From positions 1 to 64,000 of the IMG/VR virus record IMGVR_UViG_3300012956_000001: a DNA stretch of 64,000 nucleotides. One strand, 5' to 3'. Shown one piece after another: positions 51,601 through 61,698 of this stretch (position 1 is its first letter; every line of letters begins with the position of its first letter). The notes under the pieces are model-generated. The model saw only the letters and a program-made list of their open reading frames with translations, did no database searches and was not told the origin of the DNA. This DNA comes from a virus. Taxonomy: Duplodnaviria; Heunggongvirae; Uroviricota; Caudoviricetes. Both the position numbers and the translations under genes were made by a program.

Positions 51601-52242
51601 ATGTTACGTCCTGCTACGATATACTGTCATAATGCGTCCGATGGTCCGTGGGCACAGCTTGGGTGGTTGAATCCACCGATGGCCACCCCCGGCGCCGGCG
51701 GCTTATGTCCAAAATGTAAAAGTATGTTAATGGTTGATACCTTTACGAAGACAGAACTTACTGATCACATTGATAGTGGTCACACTGCGGTATATGCATC
51801 ATTGTATAGTCGATGGTCAAGCAAAATAGAAACAAAAGACGAATATCCAATGTCCAAATTGGTACATCACGAACATTGGATGCATGCAAATAAAGACCGA
51901 CAGATCATGTTGAACCGTGAATTGATGTTGCCTCGCGGTGCACGATGTAGACCCATTTTTAGCATGCACGCCGATAGTGAAAGTCTCGCAGAATCATTTT
52001 TCTCTATGCCAGTAAAAAACGACATACTAATATCAGGTCTGTTACATCGACTTACACGTATTTCTGGTATATTTGATGTGACTGTAGGCGATCACCGTGT
52101 AATAACCGACCACAATGACTTTAATATAGAAGTATGGTGGAACAAACCAATCGTTCATGATATTGAACCGGGCGACGGCGCACTATTATTTCATGGCATG
52201 ACGATTCGTGAAGAAAACTTAACAATACCACCGAGACTATAA
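51601..52242 (+). CDS. tandem paralog 6 of 6
   Basis: YC, CPKC, YSRW, CRPIF, VWWNKPI, FHGMT. Confidence 0.78.
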   Translation: MLRPATIYCHNASDGPWAQLGWLNPPMATPGAGGLCPKCKSMLMVDTFTKTELTDHIDSGHTAVYASLYSRWSSKIETKDEYPMSKLVHHEHWMHANKDRQIMLNRELMLPRGARCRPIFSMHADSESLAESFFSMPVKNDILISGLLHRLTRISGIFDVTVGDHRVITDHNDFNIEVWWNKPIVHDIEPGDGALLFHGMTIREENLTIPPRL

Positions 52243-52245
52243 TCA

Positions 52246-52650
52246 ATGATTGATAAATTGACTCTTCGTGATTGGTGTAAACGAGAAACTCTTGTACCAT
52301 ATGATATGGTATTTTCCAAACGAGCCGATGTGGATGATGATTGGGATGGTATGTTGTGGAGATTGAATCCTCATACAGCGGTATATCCCATTCATATCAT
52401 AACACAAGACGATCAATTAATGTGTCAAATACAACATCCAATTGAAATTTCCAAAGAATATTTTTGTCATGATGCATTGTTATACGACACCACAAAATTT
52501 CTAACTTCGCCGAATTATCTTGCATATCATTTTTCGTCGGTAACATTCAAGAATAATAATTACGTGGTTGGGTTTATTGTTTCCGGTCACTATCTCGATG
52601 CACACACCTATTTGCCCGATGTACACTATAATGGAGATGCTGAATGTTAA
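52246..52650 (+). CDS. hypothetical protein, probable P.G..V.P family member
   Basis: LNPHTAVYPI..PIEISKE..YVVGFI. Confidence 0.55.
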   Translation: MIDKLTLRDWCKRETLVPYDMVFSKRADVDDDWDGMLWRLNPHTAVYPIHIITQDDQLMCQIQHPIEISKEYFCHDALLYDTTKFLTSPNYLAYHFSSVTFKNNNYVVGFIVSGHYLDAHTYLPDVHYNGDAEC

Positions 52651-53246
52651 ATCTATCTGAGTCTAATTCACAATCGCCGACTCTTCGTGGTGTGTTGCGA
52701 GATGTTCGATCTATGCCGCCAGCGGAACGATTGTTGTTTGTAAAAACAGCATTGTGCCCATGGCAATCCACCAAGGATAATGTAATCATGTGGGCGAAGA
52801 TCATCGGTACATTTCTTGTTCTTATTGTCGCCGGTGTTGGGTTGAACTCACATCTAGTATATGGACCCACCGAAGTATTCTCGGCGTTCATCGGCCGTAT
52901 ATTTTTGAGCGTGTTAATCGGTTATACGACAGTCTCGTACATGATTATCGAACTTGGTAAGGGATTGCGAGATACAATACAACACGAACGTCGAAAGCAT
53001 GTTAAGGAAATGGAAGCTGCTATTGATGCCCTTGGTAAGCAATTGTTAGGCCGACTACAAGAGTCGTCTGGCCGAACCGACATCAATGCCAATCCGATTA
53101 GCATGGCCGCAGCGGCACTTGATGCTGCCGATGTGAGCCGTACACGACGAAAGACCGACAATCCACTTCGATTGGCACTAGATGGTACGTTACGCCCAGA
53201 AGATATTGCACCAGATCCAATCGATGATGACGAGGAGAAGTTCTAA
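52644..53246 (+). CDS. membrane protein
   Basis: Two TM segments. Confidence 0.6.
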   Translation: MLNLSESNSQSPTLRGVLRDVRSMPPAERLLFVKTALCPWQSTKDNVIMWAKIIGTFLVLIVAGVGLNSHLVYGPTEVFSAFIGRIFLSVLIGYTTVSYMIIELGKGLRDTIQHERRKHVKEMEAAIDALGKQLLGRLQESSGRTDINANPISMAAAALDAADVSRTRRKTDNPLRLALDGTLRPEDIAPDPIDDDEEKF

Positions 53247-53247
53247 T

Positions 53248-53793
53248 ATGGCAATGCCAACAAGTCAACAGAATAATCATGCCGAACTTCTTAAAAAGAA
53301 AGTGTTTCTGGCTAAGGAATTGGGCAGAATCGATTCTGAGTTACATGAGGTAGAACGTCAACTCACATTAAGCGGTGGATTCAATAGAGTGAATCCGCCC
53401 ACGATATCGCATGTTACTGCCAAACCAGAAGACGGTGCAATGACCGATCACTTTTTTGGTTCACTTATGACAGATAAAAATGAATTCGACCAAATGCCCC
53501 ACAACACTGCGGTCTTATTACTGCCGGGTGATAAAGTATTTCCGGTTAAAAAAGACGACTCAAGCGTTGCGGTCTATATCAAGCCCGAAGTAACATGGAC
53601 AAAACATACGTTGTTACGAACCTCAGCGTGCACCAGTATGAAAATTCCACACATCGTTACCGATGATAAAGGTACGACAACTGGTATAACAAACGATAAA
53701 ACGCAAATGTGGATGCTTCCGTATAACGTAGCCGGTTATCTGGGGGTACTGGTATACCCACTTGACAACTCACGAATTGTGAGATTGCCATGA
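53248..53793 (+). CDS. hypothetical protein, probable P.G..V.P family member
   Basis: LLPGDKVFPV..YLGVLV. Confidence 0.6.
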   Translation: MAMPTSQQNNHAELLKKKVFLAKELGRIDSELHEVERQLTLSGGFNRVNPPTISHVTAKPEDGAMTDHFFGSLMTDKNEFDQMPHNTAVLLLPGDKVFPVKKDDSSVAVYIKPEVTWTKHTLLRTSACTSMKIPHIVTDDKGTTTGITNDKTQMWMLPYNVAGYLGVLVYPLDNSRIVRLP

Positions 53794-54350
53794 GTGGTGG
53801 AACGCCGTTGTCAGGAGAACTCATAAATTACATTGTGCAACATGGTAAATTGCCTGAAATATCGGCCGTCACGTTTTCCGAAGAACGCGCGGATGAGTTT
53901 TTGCATATTGTTCTGGACATTATGGTACCAAGAACATGGAAATCTACAGAAGCTTTGTATACCGATAGTTTAGATTTTATAGATGATCCAGACACTATAA
54001 AACAAGTCTTGGAGTATAACAAATTAGCCAACGCAAAAATCAATCTCAAAAGATGTTCGTATCAAATACCAGAAGGTGCTGTAACATTCCCGGTATGTAA
54101 AATTACACCAGCTGATCAACCAACTTACTTTAGACGTATCGAACCAAAAAAGCTAAGCAAGGCGTGGATCATATCAGATTATTCGTATATTTTTCCCGTG
54201 CGACATTCAGAGGTTAATGATAATGGCAGAGATCCCAAGATTATATTTGTAGATTTTGGTGCGGAGTATGACGTACAAGAAAACAAGTTCGGTCGCGGGT
54301 CGGTGATAGGTTTGTGTACACATATTTCGAATCTAAAGATTACACTTTAG
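53790..54350 (+). CDS. hypothetical protein, probable P.G..V.P family member
   Basis: IPEGAVTFPV..EPKKLSK..VIGLC. Confidence 0.6.
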   Translation: MSGGTPLSGELINYIVQHGKLPEISAVTFSEERADEFLHIVLDIMVPRTWKSTEALYTDSLDFIDDPDTIKQVLEYNKLANAKINLKRCSYQIPEGAVTFPVCKITPADQPTYFRRIEPKKLSKAWIISDYSYIFPVRHSEVNDNGRDPKIIFVDFGAEYDVQENKFGRGSVIGLCTHISNLKITL

Positions 54351-54425
54351 TAGAACATCCATCAACACCTAGAAAATTGATACTTATTGTCAGGTTATGT
54401 CTCCGTAGATTGGAACACTGCAATA

Positions 54426-54806
54426 ATGACAATTTCAACTATAGATCCAAATGTACTAGCGGGCATCGCTGCCGCCGGTGGTGCAATTGTGATTAAAATT
54501 GTCGAGAAGTGGATGTCTAAAGACACCGAGGATGAAGCAGAAGCAAAAAACATCCGATCAGAACTACGAATGGAAATTCAACGGCTACATGATGAAAATA
54601 TTCGATTGGAAAAGGACAACCAGCAATGGCGACACAAATATTGGGAGCAAAAAAATCTGCATGATTCGGATGAAGTGGAAATTACATCACTTCATGCTCT
54701 TAAAGAGGAACGAATTAAAGAAATAGAAGATTTAGAAACCGTAGTAAAGCAACTCAATATAGATGTAAGCAAATTGCGTGATCGACTTAAAAATATAATT
54801 GAGTGA
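54426..54806 (+). CDS. protein with N-terminal TM helix and coiled coil
   Basis: VLAGIAAAGGAIVIKIV followed by a heptad-rich tail. Confidence 0.55.
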   Translation: MTISTIDPNVLAGIAAAGGAIVIKIVEKWMSKDTEDEAEAKNIRSELRMEIQRLHDENIRLEKDNQQWRHKYWEQKNLHDSDEVEITSLHALKEERIKEIEDLETVVKQLNIDVSKLRDRLKNIIE

Positions 54807-54968
54807 TACGACTATGACGGTTAATGTTGACAATCCTAAATCTAAATTACAACAACTTGCAAAGCGTCATCTATGGTGGATGGCGCCCATTTGCATCATC
54901 ATTCCACTGAGCGTGCTGTCGGGCGATCCTGTTAATCCGACTGTCGCGTATATAGGAACCACTGGCAT

Positions 54969-55439
54969 ATGGACGTTTCTAGAGAGATTGGCGGATCTAG
55001 GCTGAGTTTTGTAACTGGTGATATTTTAGAATCTACTGCACAGTGTATTGTAAATCCTGTCAATACAGTTGGTGTAATGGGCAGTGGGCTTGCCCTGAAG
55101 TTCAAAAAGCGTTATCCTTCCATGTTCGACGCATATAAGATTCAATGTAAGAATGGATCGTTGAATACAGGCCGTCTTATGTTCTATAAAATGTCTGACG
55201 CTGATCGTATTATCTGTTTGTTTCCAACTAAACAACACTGGCAAAATCCATCTACATTAGAGTATATTGATCGTGGATTAGATGCGTTTATCCAACATTA
55301 TGCCGAGTGGGATATCACGAGTGTTGCATTTCCTAAGCTTGGTTGTGGGTTGGGTGGGTTGAATTGGGACTATCATGTAGGGCCGTTACTCACTCGTAAG
55401 TTGTCCGATTTACCGATTGACGTACAAATTTACATCTAA
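54969..55439 (+). CDS. macrodomain ADP-ribose hydrolase (DarG/Poa1p-like)
   Basis: GDIL, IVNPVNTVGVMGSGLA, FPTK.HW, SVAFPKLGCGLGGL.W; start codon uncertain. Confidence 0.88.
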   Translation: MDVSREIGGSRLSFVTGDILESTAQCIVNPVNTVGVMGSGLALKFKKRYPSMFDAYKIQCKNGSLNTGRLMFYKMSDADRIICLFPTKQHWQNPSTLEYIDRGLDAFIQHYAEWDITSVAFPKLGCGLGGLNWDYHVGPLLTRKLSDLPIDVQIYI

Positions 55440-55447
55440 GAGGTTAT

Positions 55448-55975
55448 ATGGCGGGTCCACCAAAAGCTGGTCAGTTGCCCATATCTGAAACACATAAGAT
55501 TATCACACGGTATCTTGTGCCTGTAGGTACAAAGGTACAAACCGTACGAGTGCAAGACACTTCGGCTAATCCAGAAATGGCTTTTGATAAAACAGTAGTA
55601 ACATTAACATCAGAGATGATTTTTTCTGATGATGATGTTGTTGTCATTGAAAGTGTTGATGGTCGTCGGTTGCCTGGATCGATGTGTGATGCACCTAATC
55701 ATGCCAGATATGTAAGATTCAAGTTTAAACATAATGACTGTGACTATATCATACGAGTTCGAATGGGTGATATATTAGAGGGTGATTTTATTGCTCGAAT
55801 TGTATTATCTGACGATGACTACAAAACCTTAGAAGATATTCTGGCCGAACAATTGAGAAAGTCTATTGATGAAGAAATTATGAAGGAACTTCAAGCAGAA
55901 ATGCAGAAAAATTTGTTAGCAAAGATGTTTGCAAATTCCAAAGCAAGGCCGTACATACCGATATCTGTCGTATGA
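55448..55975 (+). CDS. hypothetical protein, probable P.G..V.P family member
   Basis: VPVGTKV (identical to the 30644 protein)..VTLTSEMIF. Confidence 0.6.
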   Translation: MAGPPKAGQLPISETHKIITRYLVPVGTKVQTVRVQDTSANPEMAFDKTVVTLTSEMIFSDDDVVVIESVDGRRLPGSMCDAPNHARYVRFKFKHNDCDYIIRVRMGDILEGDFIARIVLSDDDYKTLEDILAEQLRKSIDEEIMKELQAEMQKNLLAKMFANSKARPYIPISVV

Positions 55976-56017
55976 TCCTACCTATGTATAGATGTACATT
56001 TTTGTCCAAGAGGTCGT

Positions 56018-56401
56018 ATGAGCACTGATACATTAGCAATACTATTGGTAGGCTTGATTGTCTCTATTACAGGCTTTCTGACAATGGGTGGCCTGATTCT
56101 ATTGGCCTCTCGGGATACTACAAAGATTCCCGAACTGATCGCCCGTACCACGAACATAGAGAAGATGCTTGAACATCTTTCTGCGGATGTTGGGGTTGAG
56201 ATGGCCGGTGGTGCTGTGCGTGAAGTCTGGCGGTCAGCCGATGGCAAATATGAGGCATCATCATTTGAAGAATTGTTGACCAAAATGACAAATGATCCCA
56301 ATTCTCCTCTGACTGCCGACGAGATTGAAAGCATCAAGTCTATTTTTGATAAGATTCTGGGTGAATCAGACGATCCAGAAAAGGAAGATTGGCAGAAATG
56401 A
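56018..56401 (+). CDS. membrane-anchored hypothetical protein
   Basis: RBS GAGG; N-terminal TM. Confidence 0.6.
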   Translation: MSTDTLAILLVGLIVSITGFLTMGGLILLASRDTTKIPELIARTTNIEKMLEHLSADVGVEMAGGAVREVWRSADGKYEASSFEELLTKMTNDPNSPLTADEIESIKSIFDKILGESDDPEKEDWQK

Positions 56402-56946
56402 GTACTCTGGCATCACTTAAAGCATCTTTAGTTGCGACATTAGATCGTGAATTACAAGATACGGGTAATGGCAAGTTTGAAACAGCACTTGCTGAATCCA
56501 TTGATCTATACACCACACAAAAAATTGCAGCATACGATGTGGCAGCTATAAATCCAATTCGTCAACAAATTGCGGCATTGGATACCAGAGTTGCCGCCAT
56601 AGAAGCATTAGTGGCCAATATTCAAGCACAGTTTGCTACGATTCAACAGCAAGTTGATTCCTTGCCTGGTAGTATTTCAGCACAGATTGCCACGGCACAG
56701 TCACAATTGTCTTCACAAATAACAGCAGCACAAATATCAAGTACGACTACAGTACCAACAACTACAACCACAGCAACATCTACGCAGGCTCCAACAACTG
56801 GCGGCCCACCGCTTCCAGATCAAGATTTTGCACGAGAAGTACCTACGAGTCAGATCATTGCACCTCTTGTACTTGATCCGCTCAAAATTGGAAAATTTGA
56901 TTTGCCTGATGATCTCAAAGTAAAACCCATAGAAGGTGATCTGTGA
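56398..56946 (+). CDS. coiled-coil protein with Thr-rich linker
   Basis: Heptad pattern; STTTVPTTTTTATST. Confidence 0.6.
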   Translation: MSTLASLKASLVATLDRELQDTGNGKFETALAESIDLYTTQKIAAYDVAAINPIRQQIAALDTRVAAIEALVANIQAQFATIQQQVDSLPGSISAQIATAQSQLSSQITAAQISSTTTVPTTTTTATSTQAPTTGGPPLPDQDFAREVPTSQIIAPLVLDPLKIGKFDLPDDLKVKPIEGDL

Positions 56947-57998
56947 GTAAGAGAAAAACCAAAACAAAGATGAAGATTGATCCGCTCACCCGGTTGGCAC
57001 AAAAGAATATAGCCGCATCGTTAGATGCAGCAACATATAGTAACAATGAAAAAACCATTCGTAAGAATGTACACGATGAATTTCAACGAAAGAAAGTAAC
57101 TCAGTATGAGGATACAAATGTTGAAGCACATCGTTTGTTTCAAGATATGAAGCGCAGACCATACTAAATGGCAAACATTGTACGGTATATACATTATGGT
57201 GAAATCACACATAATAATAAACGAGTAACATCTGTCTTTGCTCATTCTAAGCAACAGGTAATATACCAGTTGAATTCTTGGTTTTTTGATTACTTCTACG
57301 CCAATGGTATAACCGTACAACAATTACCTGCAATAGATGATTGGACTCGATCCGACGAAGACGTTCGGTATGAGTATGTTACGTTTCCAGCCGAAGGATG
57401 GTTAGTATCAATTAATTATACTGATTTACTGTTGGATGTTTAATTGATATGATGTATTTGTATCTACTTTCGTTTTTTGGTAGGCTCGTTGGTTTTCTAA
57501 CGGGCAAGAACTGTGGAACGTACAGTGGATCATATTACATTGGTATGGGCGGTAAATATACCAGGCGACCGTGTGTTCTTGCGCCTGGGCATTTAACTCC
57601 TTGTGTAACTGACTGGGAATGGAACAAATCCTTAAATCGCCACGTTCGATTCTGGTTTGATTATGATGGTGTAGGCATAATCGGCCGTGCTGAATTAAGC
57701 TAAAATACAACTGATCTCTATTTTCTAGAAATGTGAGTCAGCAAAGGTTATTGGAATGAATGTATGTAATTCATATCCCAGACTTGTCTTGCGTTTCTTT
57801 CCGGGCTCCAAGAAAGAAAAGGTAAGGCCAAAAGAAAGAACACTCTAATACAATAAAAGCAATCTCCTACTCAATATCCAGTAAAAGCTGAAGATATTGA
57901 GTTTGTCATTTAATTGCTCATATAGTAGTAATTCTCAGAAACAAGCTGAAGATATGATGTTAGGTTACTTATGGGCACCTTCTACCATTGAGAACCCT

Positions 57999-58310
57999 AT
58001 GACTTTTGATACAAGAGAACAGGTCAATAGGTTTACAAGCAAACTGTATAAGTTTTTAGATGATGGCCACAGATTAGAATTCAGACGTATGCGAGGATAT
58101 CGAGGTTGGATCTTTACAGACAAAAATCCCACTCATGTACTACTTAATCCAAGCGATAATCTTATTCCTACGTTGATTCACGAAGCGTTGCATTATTTCT
58201 ATCCTAAAGCATCTGAAACATGGGTGCTTAAAATGGAAGCAAAGATTGCAGGTAAACTAACCGAAAGACAAATACGTAATATCATCAGGCGTCTAGCGAA
58301 AAACATCTGA
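57999..58310 (+). CDS. small HExxH metallopeptidase-like protein
   Basis: TLIHEALH...E..V. Confidence 0.55.
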   Translation: MTFDTREQVNRFTSKLYKFLDDGHRLEFRRMRGYRGWIFTDKNPTHVLLNPSDNLIPTLIHEALHYFYPKASETWVLKMEAKIAGKLTERQIRNIIRRLAKNI

Positions 58311-58350
58311 CGCTTGACTTTTAAGCAGGATTGTAGTATTATGGTGTCAT

Positions 58351-58424
58351 GCGGCATTAGTGTAACACGACAGCACGTATATCCCACCAGATATAAAGAA
58401 CCGTCAACTCGGTGCGCCGCTCCA
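58351..58424 (+). tRNA. atypical tRNA-Gly-like RNA with encoded CCA
   Basis: GCGGCAT/GCGCCGC-TCCA; TATATC/GATATA anticodon stem; non-canonical T loop. Confidence 0.5.
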
Positions 58425-58425
58425 C

Positions 58426-58498
58426 GGGAACATAGCTCAGCTGGGAGAGCATCACGCTGGCAGTGTGAGGGTCAGGGGTTCGATCCCCCTTGTTTCCA
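58426..58498 (+). tRNA. tRNA-Ala(GGC)
   Basis: Cloverleaf; loop CTGGCAG; G3:U70 pair. Confidence 0.92.
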
Positions 58499-58628
58499 TA
58501 ATTCAATATAACTCAAAGTCAAGATGTAAGCAATTAAACTTACTCTTGACTTTTGCGATTACTTGTGGTATATTACAGGTTCAAGAAGTACAACGGTTAT
58601 GTTACATTTCTTTAAAAACGAGGTTTGC

Positions 58629-59303
58629 ATGCGTAAGTTGTTTATGATTTTCGCTTTGATGTTGGGTCTGACCACCACAGTCGAAGCGCAGTACACCAAT
58701 TTGACCGGCGGGTATGAGTTTGCCGGTACTTCGGGCGACAGTTACGAAGTCACCTATCTTGGTTCGGGCGGCGCGTCTTACTGGCATAGCTTGTGGGCCG
58801 TTGACGCTTCTAATTTGAATACACGCACCCTTTTGTTCTGTAAGGTGGCCGATTGTGTATCGAATAGCTTTTACGGTGTTGCACAGACCCCGTATGTATA
58901 TTCGTCGCCCTCGCAATGGGTGTTTGGTTTGTATGTTGAAACAAGCGGAACGGCTGATGTTACACCGGACGCCTCTGGATATTGGCTATACAGCCTTGCT
59001 GCACTAAATGGCGGCAACTCATTCCTCCGTGATTTTGGTACGGCGAACGGCGTACGTCAGGATGATCGAACCACCATTGTCCCCGGCACAGTATCGCCAT
59101 TGTCTGGAACGGTTCTAGGATTTGAGGATATTCGTACGAATGGTGTTGCCGGCGGCGACCGAGATTTCAATGATGCGATCTTTACATTGGAAAAGCTCGA
59201 CAGCGGTACTCCACAGGAAGTCGTTCCTGAACCTGCCACGATGACACTTTTGGCAACTGGTTTGGTTGGTCTTGCTGGAGCTCGTCGTAAGCGCAATAAG
59301 TAA
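58629..59303 (+). CDS. secreted PEP-CTERM (exosortase substrate) protein
   Basis: Signal peptide MRKLFMIFALMLGLTTTVEA; GFED..GGDRDFND; VPEPATMTLLATGLVGLAGARRKRNK. Confidence 0.9.
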   Translation: MRKLFMIFALMLGLTTTVEAQYTNLTGGYEFAGTSGDSYEVTYLGSGGASYWHSLWAVDASNLNTRTLLFCKVADCVSNSFYGVAQTPYVYSSPSQWVFGLYVETSGTADVTPDASGYWLYSLAALNGGNSFLRDFGTANGVRQDDRTTIVPGTVSPLSGTVLGFEDIRTNGVAGGDRDFNDAIFTLEKLDSGTPQEVVPEPATMTLLATGLVGLAGARRKRNK

Positions 59304-59459
59304 GGTTTCTGAATAAAAACAATGTCGAACATGGAAGAAATTCTGTGTTCGATTTTGTTTTATCTAAAAGCCATTAAAGTAGTAAACTTAATGGGACTAG
59401 ATAATCGTGTCACGCTGCTGTATATTACTGTCATACGATAACACACCAACGAGGAATAC

Positions 59460-60041
59460 ATGACAAAGGTCACTCTACGCAAGGCTTCAAAGATCCGTAA
59501 CCGTTTGATGTCAAACCTAACGGACCTACAAACGAAGGTGAATAACGTTCAGCTGGCTTTGAACGTTTATAACCCAAATGTCGTGGGTGAGTTGGATGCC
59601 GAACTTGCTAAGTTTACCGAATCGTATGTTCGGTACTCTCAGGTCAGTCGTGTGCTATTTTCCATTCGTGAGAAGATCAGCGCAGCTGGCAATGCTCACA
59701 ATGTCAGTGGTCTATTGGCTGATCGTGAGGCGCTATCTGGTCAGTTGCGTACCGTAACCCGTGTACTAAGCCTGGCTCGCCCACGGCTTCCAGATGCCAC
59801 GTTGTCTGCCCAGATTGCTGGCGTAGTGTCACGATTGGAAAAGTCCGATTACGGACATGATCAGTTGCATGTCTCGTTCATCCAAGAAGAAGTATTGGAA
59901 GGCATTCGTGCCGACCAACTGGTACTTCAAACTGCGTTGGACACGGTGCAGGATAAGCTCGAGGCCATTAACACATCGGTTACGATTGAGTTGACCGACG
60001 AAGAACTGGCGTTGCTAAAGGCTGAACGAGTCGCGGTCTAA
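59460..60041 (+). CDS. coiled-coil hypothetical protein
   Basis: Own promoter and GAGGA RBS; 193 aa. Confidence 0.65.
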   Translation: MTKVTLRKASKIRNRLMSNLTDLQTKVNNVQLALNVYNPNVVGELDAELAKFTESYVRYSQVSRVLFSIREKISAAGNAHNVSGLLADREALSGQLRTVTRVLSLARPRLPDATLSAQIAGVVSRLEKSDYGHDQLHVSFIQEEVLEGIRADQLVLQTALDTVQDKLEAINTSVTIELTDEELALLKAERVAV

Positions 60042-60660
60042 ATTACTGTCTGTGAGATAGAAATAGATAGGACATTATTTCGACAAGTAAAATGAATGCC
60101 GAGTAACGTACTCCAACTTCTCAAGATACGGCCAATCCAGGCTGTTATTCGTTTGATGTGAGTGAAACCTAACAATATCTTGCCAATTGATATTTGTTAC
60201 TCACGATTCTACGATATGCTATTGGAAACTGTGCCATATGTCACTTGCTTCCGTACATTACCCATCATTCAAATTATTTCTCACAGACTATGACACATAT
60301 AATTAACGGATTTCTATCTGCTAGTGTTAAGTCAAACGTTAGCGTTCAACTAGATACCATATTACGACTATTGCCGCCTGGGTGGACAACCAAATTTGCA
60401 TCGGATATTACGGCGATGTACGTTAAGTTGTCACCATTAATTTCTAGGGTTGCCATTGCTGATGGTGTGTTGTATCTTGATGATAGTCCTATCTCGCCAA
60501 ATCATTCCTTAGTAAAATATATCACACGATCATTTGCACAGGAATCGGCGAGAACGTGCATGGTCTGTGGTGCCCCCGGCCGCCGACGTAAAGAACAACT
60601 TGGTAAACCTCCGTTGTGTCGGCCACATTATCTAGAATTTATCAATTCGGTAGAGGATTA

Positions 60661-60924
60661 ATGTATAACGAAGATACGCAGGATCACGCCGCAGCTATTA
60701 TGGTGTCGAAGGGCTTCTCTATGGGCCGTATGGTATATCCCATCACCGACGCTATTACGCCTAACGCGATTGTGTCCACCGTAGAAGATGGTCCATTTTG
60801 GTATGGCGACCTTGCCGACGGTGATGTGGCTGGTTTGATGGAAGTCGCCAATCAGCTCAAAAAGGATCTAGAGGTCCAATCACAGACTTCTTCTAAGTTC
60901 TACGTAGTTTCAGCGTCTATTTAA
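60661..60924 (+). CDS. hypothetical protein
   Basis: RBS GAGGA; WYGDL motif. Confidence 0.55.
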   Translation: MYNEDTQDHAAAIMVSKGFSMGRMVYPITDAITPNAIVSTVEDGPFWYGDLADGDVAGLMEVANQLKKDLEVQSQTSSKFYVVSASI

Positions 60925-60975
60925 TCGCGGTTTCTCTATTTATGGATGCCATTGTGTCATCCGTATCGGAGAAAC

Positions 60976-61341
60976 ATGCAAGAAAAAACTTATATCTGTG
61001 ATTGTGGAAATGTTTATGTTCCCAAGCAGAAATATAAAGATGCACGTGTCAAATGTTCGAGTTGTATTTCTAAGACTCGATCATCTGATGTAAAAGCAAA
61101 AGCAATCAAATATCTTGGTGGCAAATGTATTGATTGTGGATATAAAGGTCACCCCGTTGCATTTGACTTCGATCATAAAGATCCAAGTCAAAAAGAATTT
61201 AAGATCAGTGGAAATTACATTCTTCGATGGGCTGAATTGCGTGCTGAATTAGATAAATGTGAATTACGATGTTCAAATTGTCATCGTATTCGACACTATC
61301 TGATAGAATTTCCAGATAACGGAAGTACAACAATCAAATAA
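60976..61341 (+). CDS. HNH endonuclease
   Basis: LGGKCIDCGY, FDFDHKDP, KCELRCSNCHRIRH. Confidence 0.88.
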   Translation: MQEKTYICDCGNVYVPKQKYKDARVKCSSCISKTRSSDVKAKAIKYLGGKCIDCGYKGHPVAFDFDHKDPSQKEFKISGNYILRWAELRAELDKCELRCSNCHRIRHYLIEFPDNGSTTIK

Positions 61342-61350
61342 AGGGTTACT

Positions 61351-61698
61351 ATGTCAACGATTAAGGAAGTAGTTACAGAGAAGTTGGGTGCTGTGGGACC
61401 GGCAGTTCGTGAACAGGTTATTGTTAACTTGGTAGCGTCTGAAACGGATCGTAGAACACAGGCATCACTCACGGTCGTTAAGAAGCTTGACGAGGCAAAT
61501 GCTTCGTTGAAAAAGATCAACCGTGCTGACAATGAAACCTTCAACGAGGATGGGTCCGTTGCAACCGCAACGTTTACCAAGTCACGACTTGAAGAAATCA
61601 AGAAGCTCAAGGAAACCATCCAGAAGCTTGAGACCGCGTTGGAGACTGCTTTTGAGAAGAGTGATTTCACCAAGCTCTTTGAATTAGCAAACAAGTAA
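61351..61698 (+). CDS. hypothetical protein
   Basis: 115-aa helical ORF. Confidence 0.6.
   Translation: MSTIKEVVTEKLGAVGPAVREQVIVNLVASETDRRTQASLTVVKKLDEANASLKKINRADNETFNEDGSVATATFTKSRLEEIKKLKETIQKLETALETAFEKSDFTKLFELANK

Noticed and set aside
48376-52242. Diversity-generating retroelement targets
   Set aside because: No reverse transcriptase and no near-identical TR/VR pair with adenine-specific differences; divergence is spread throughout
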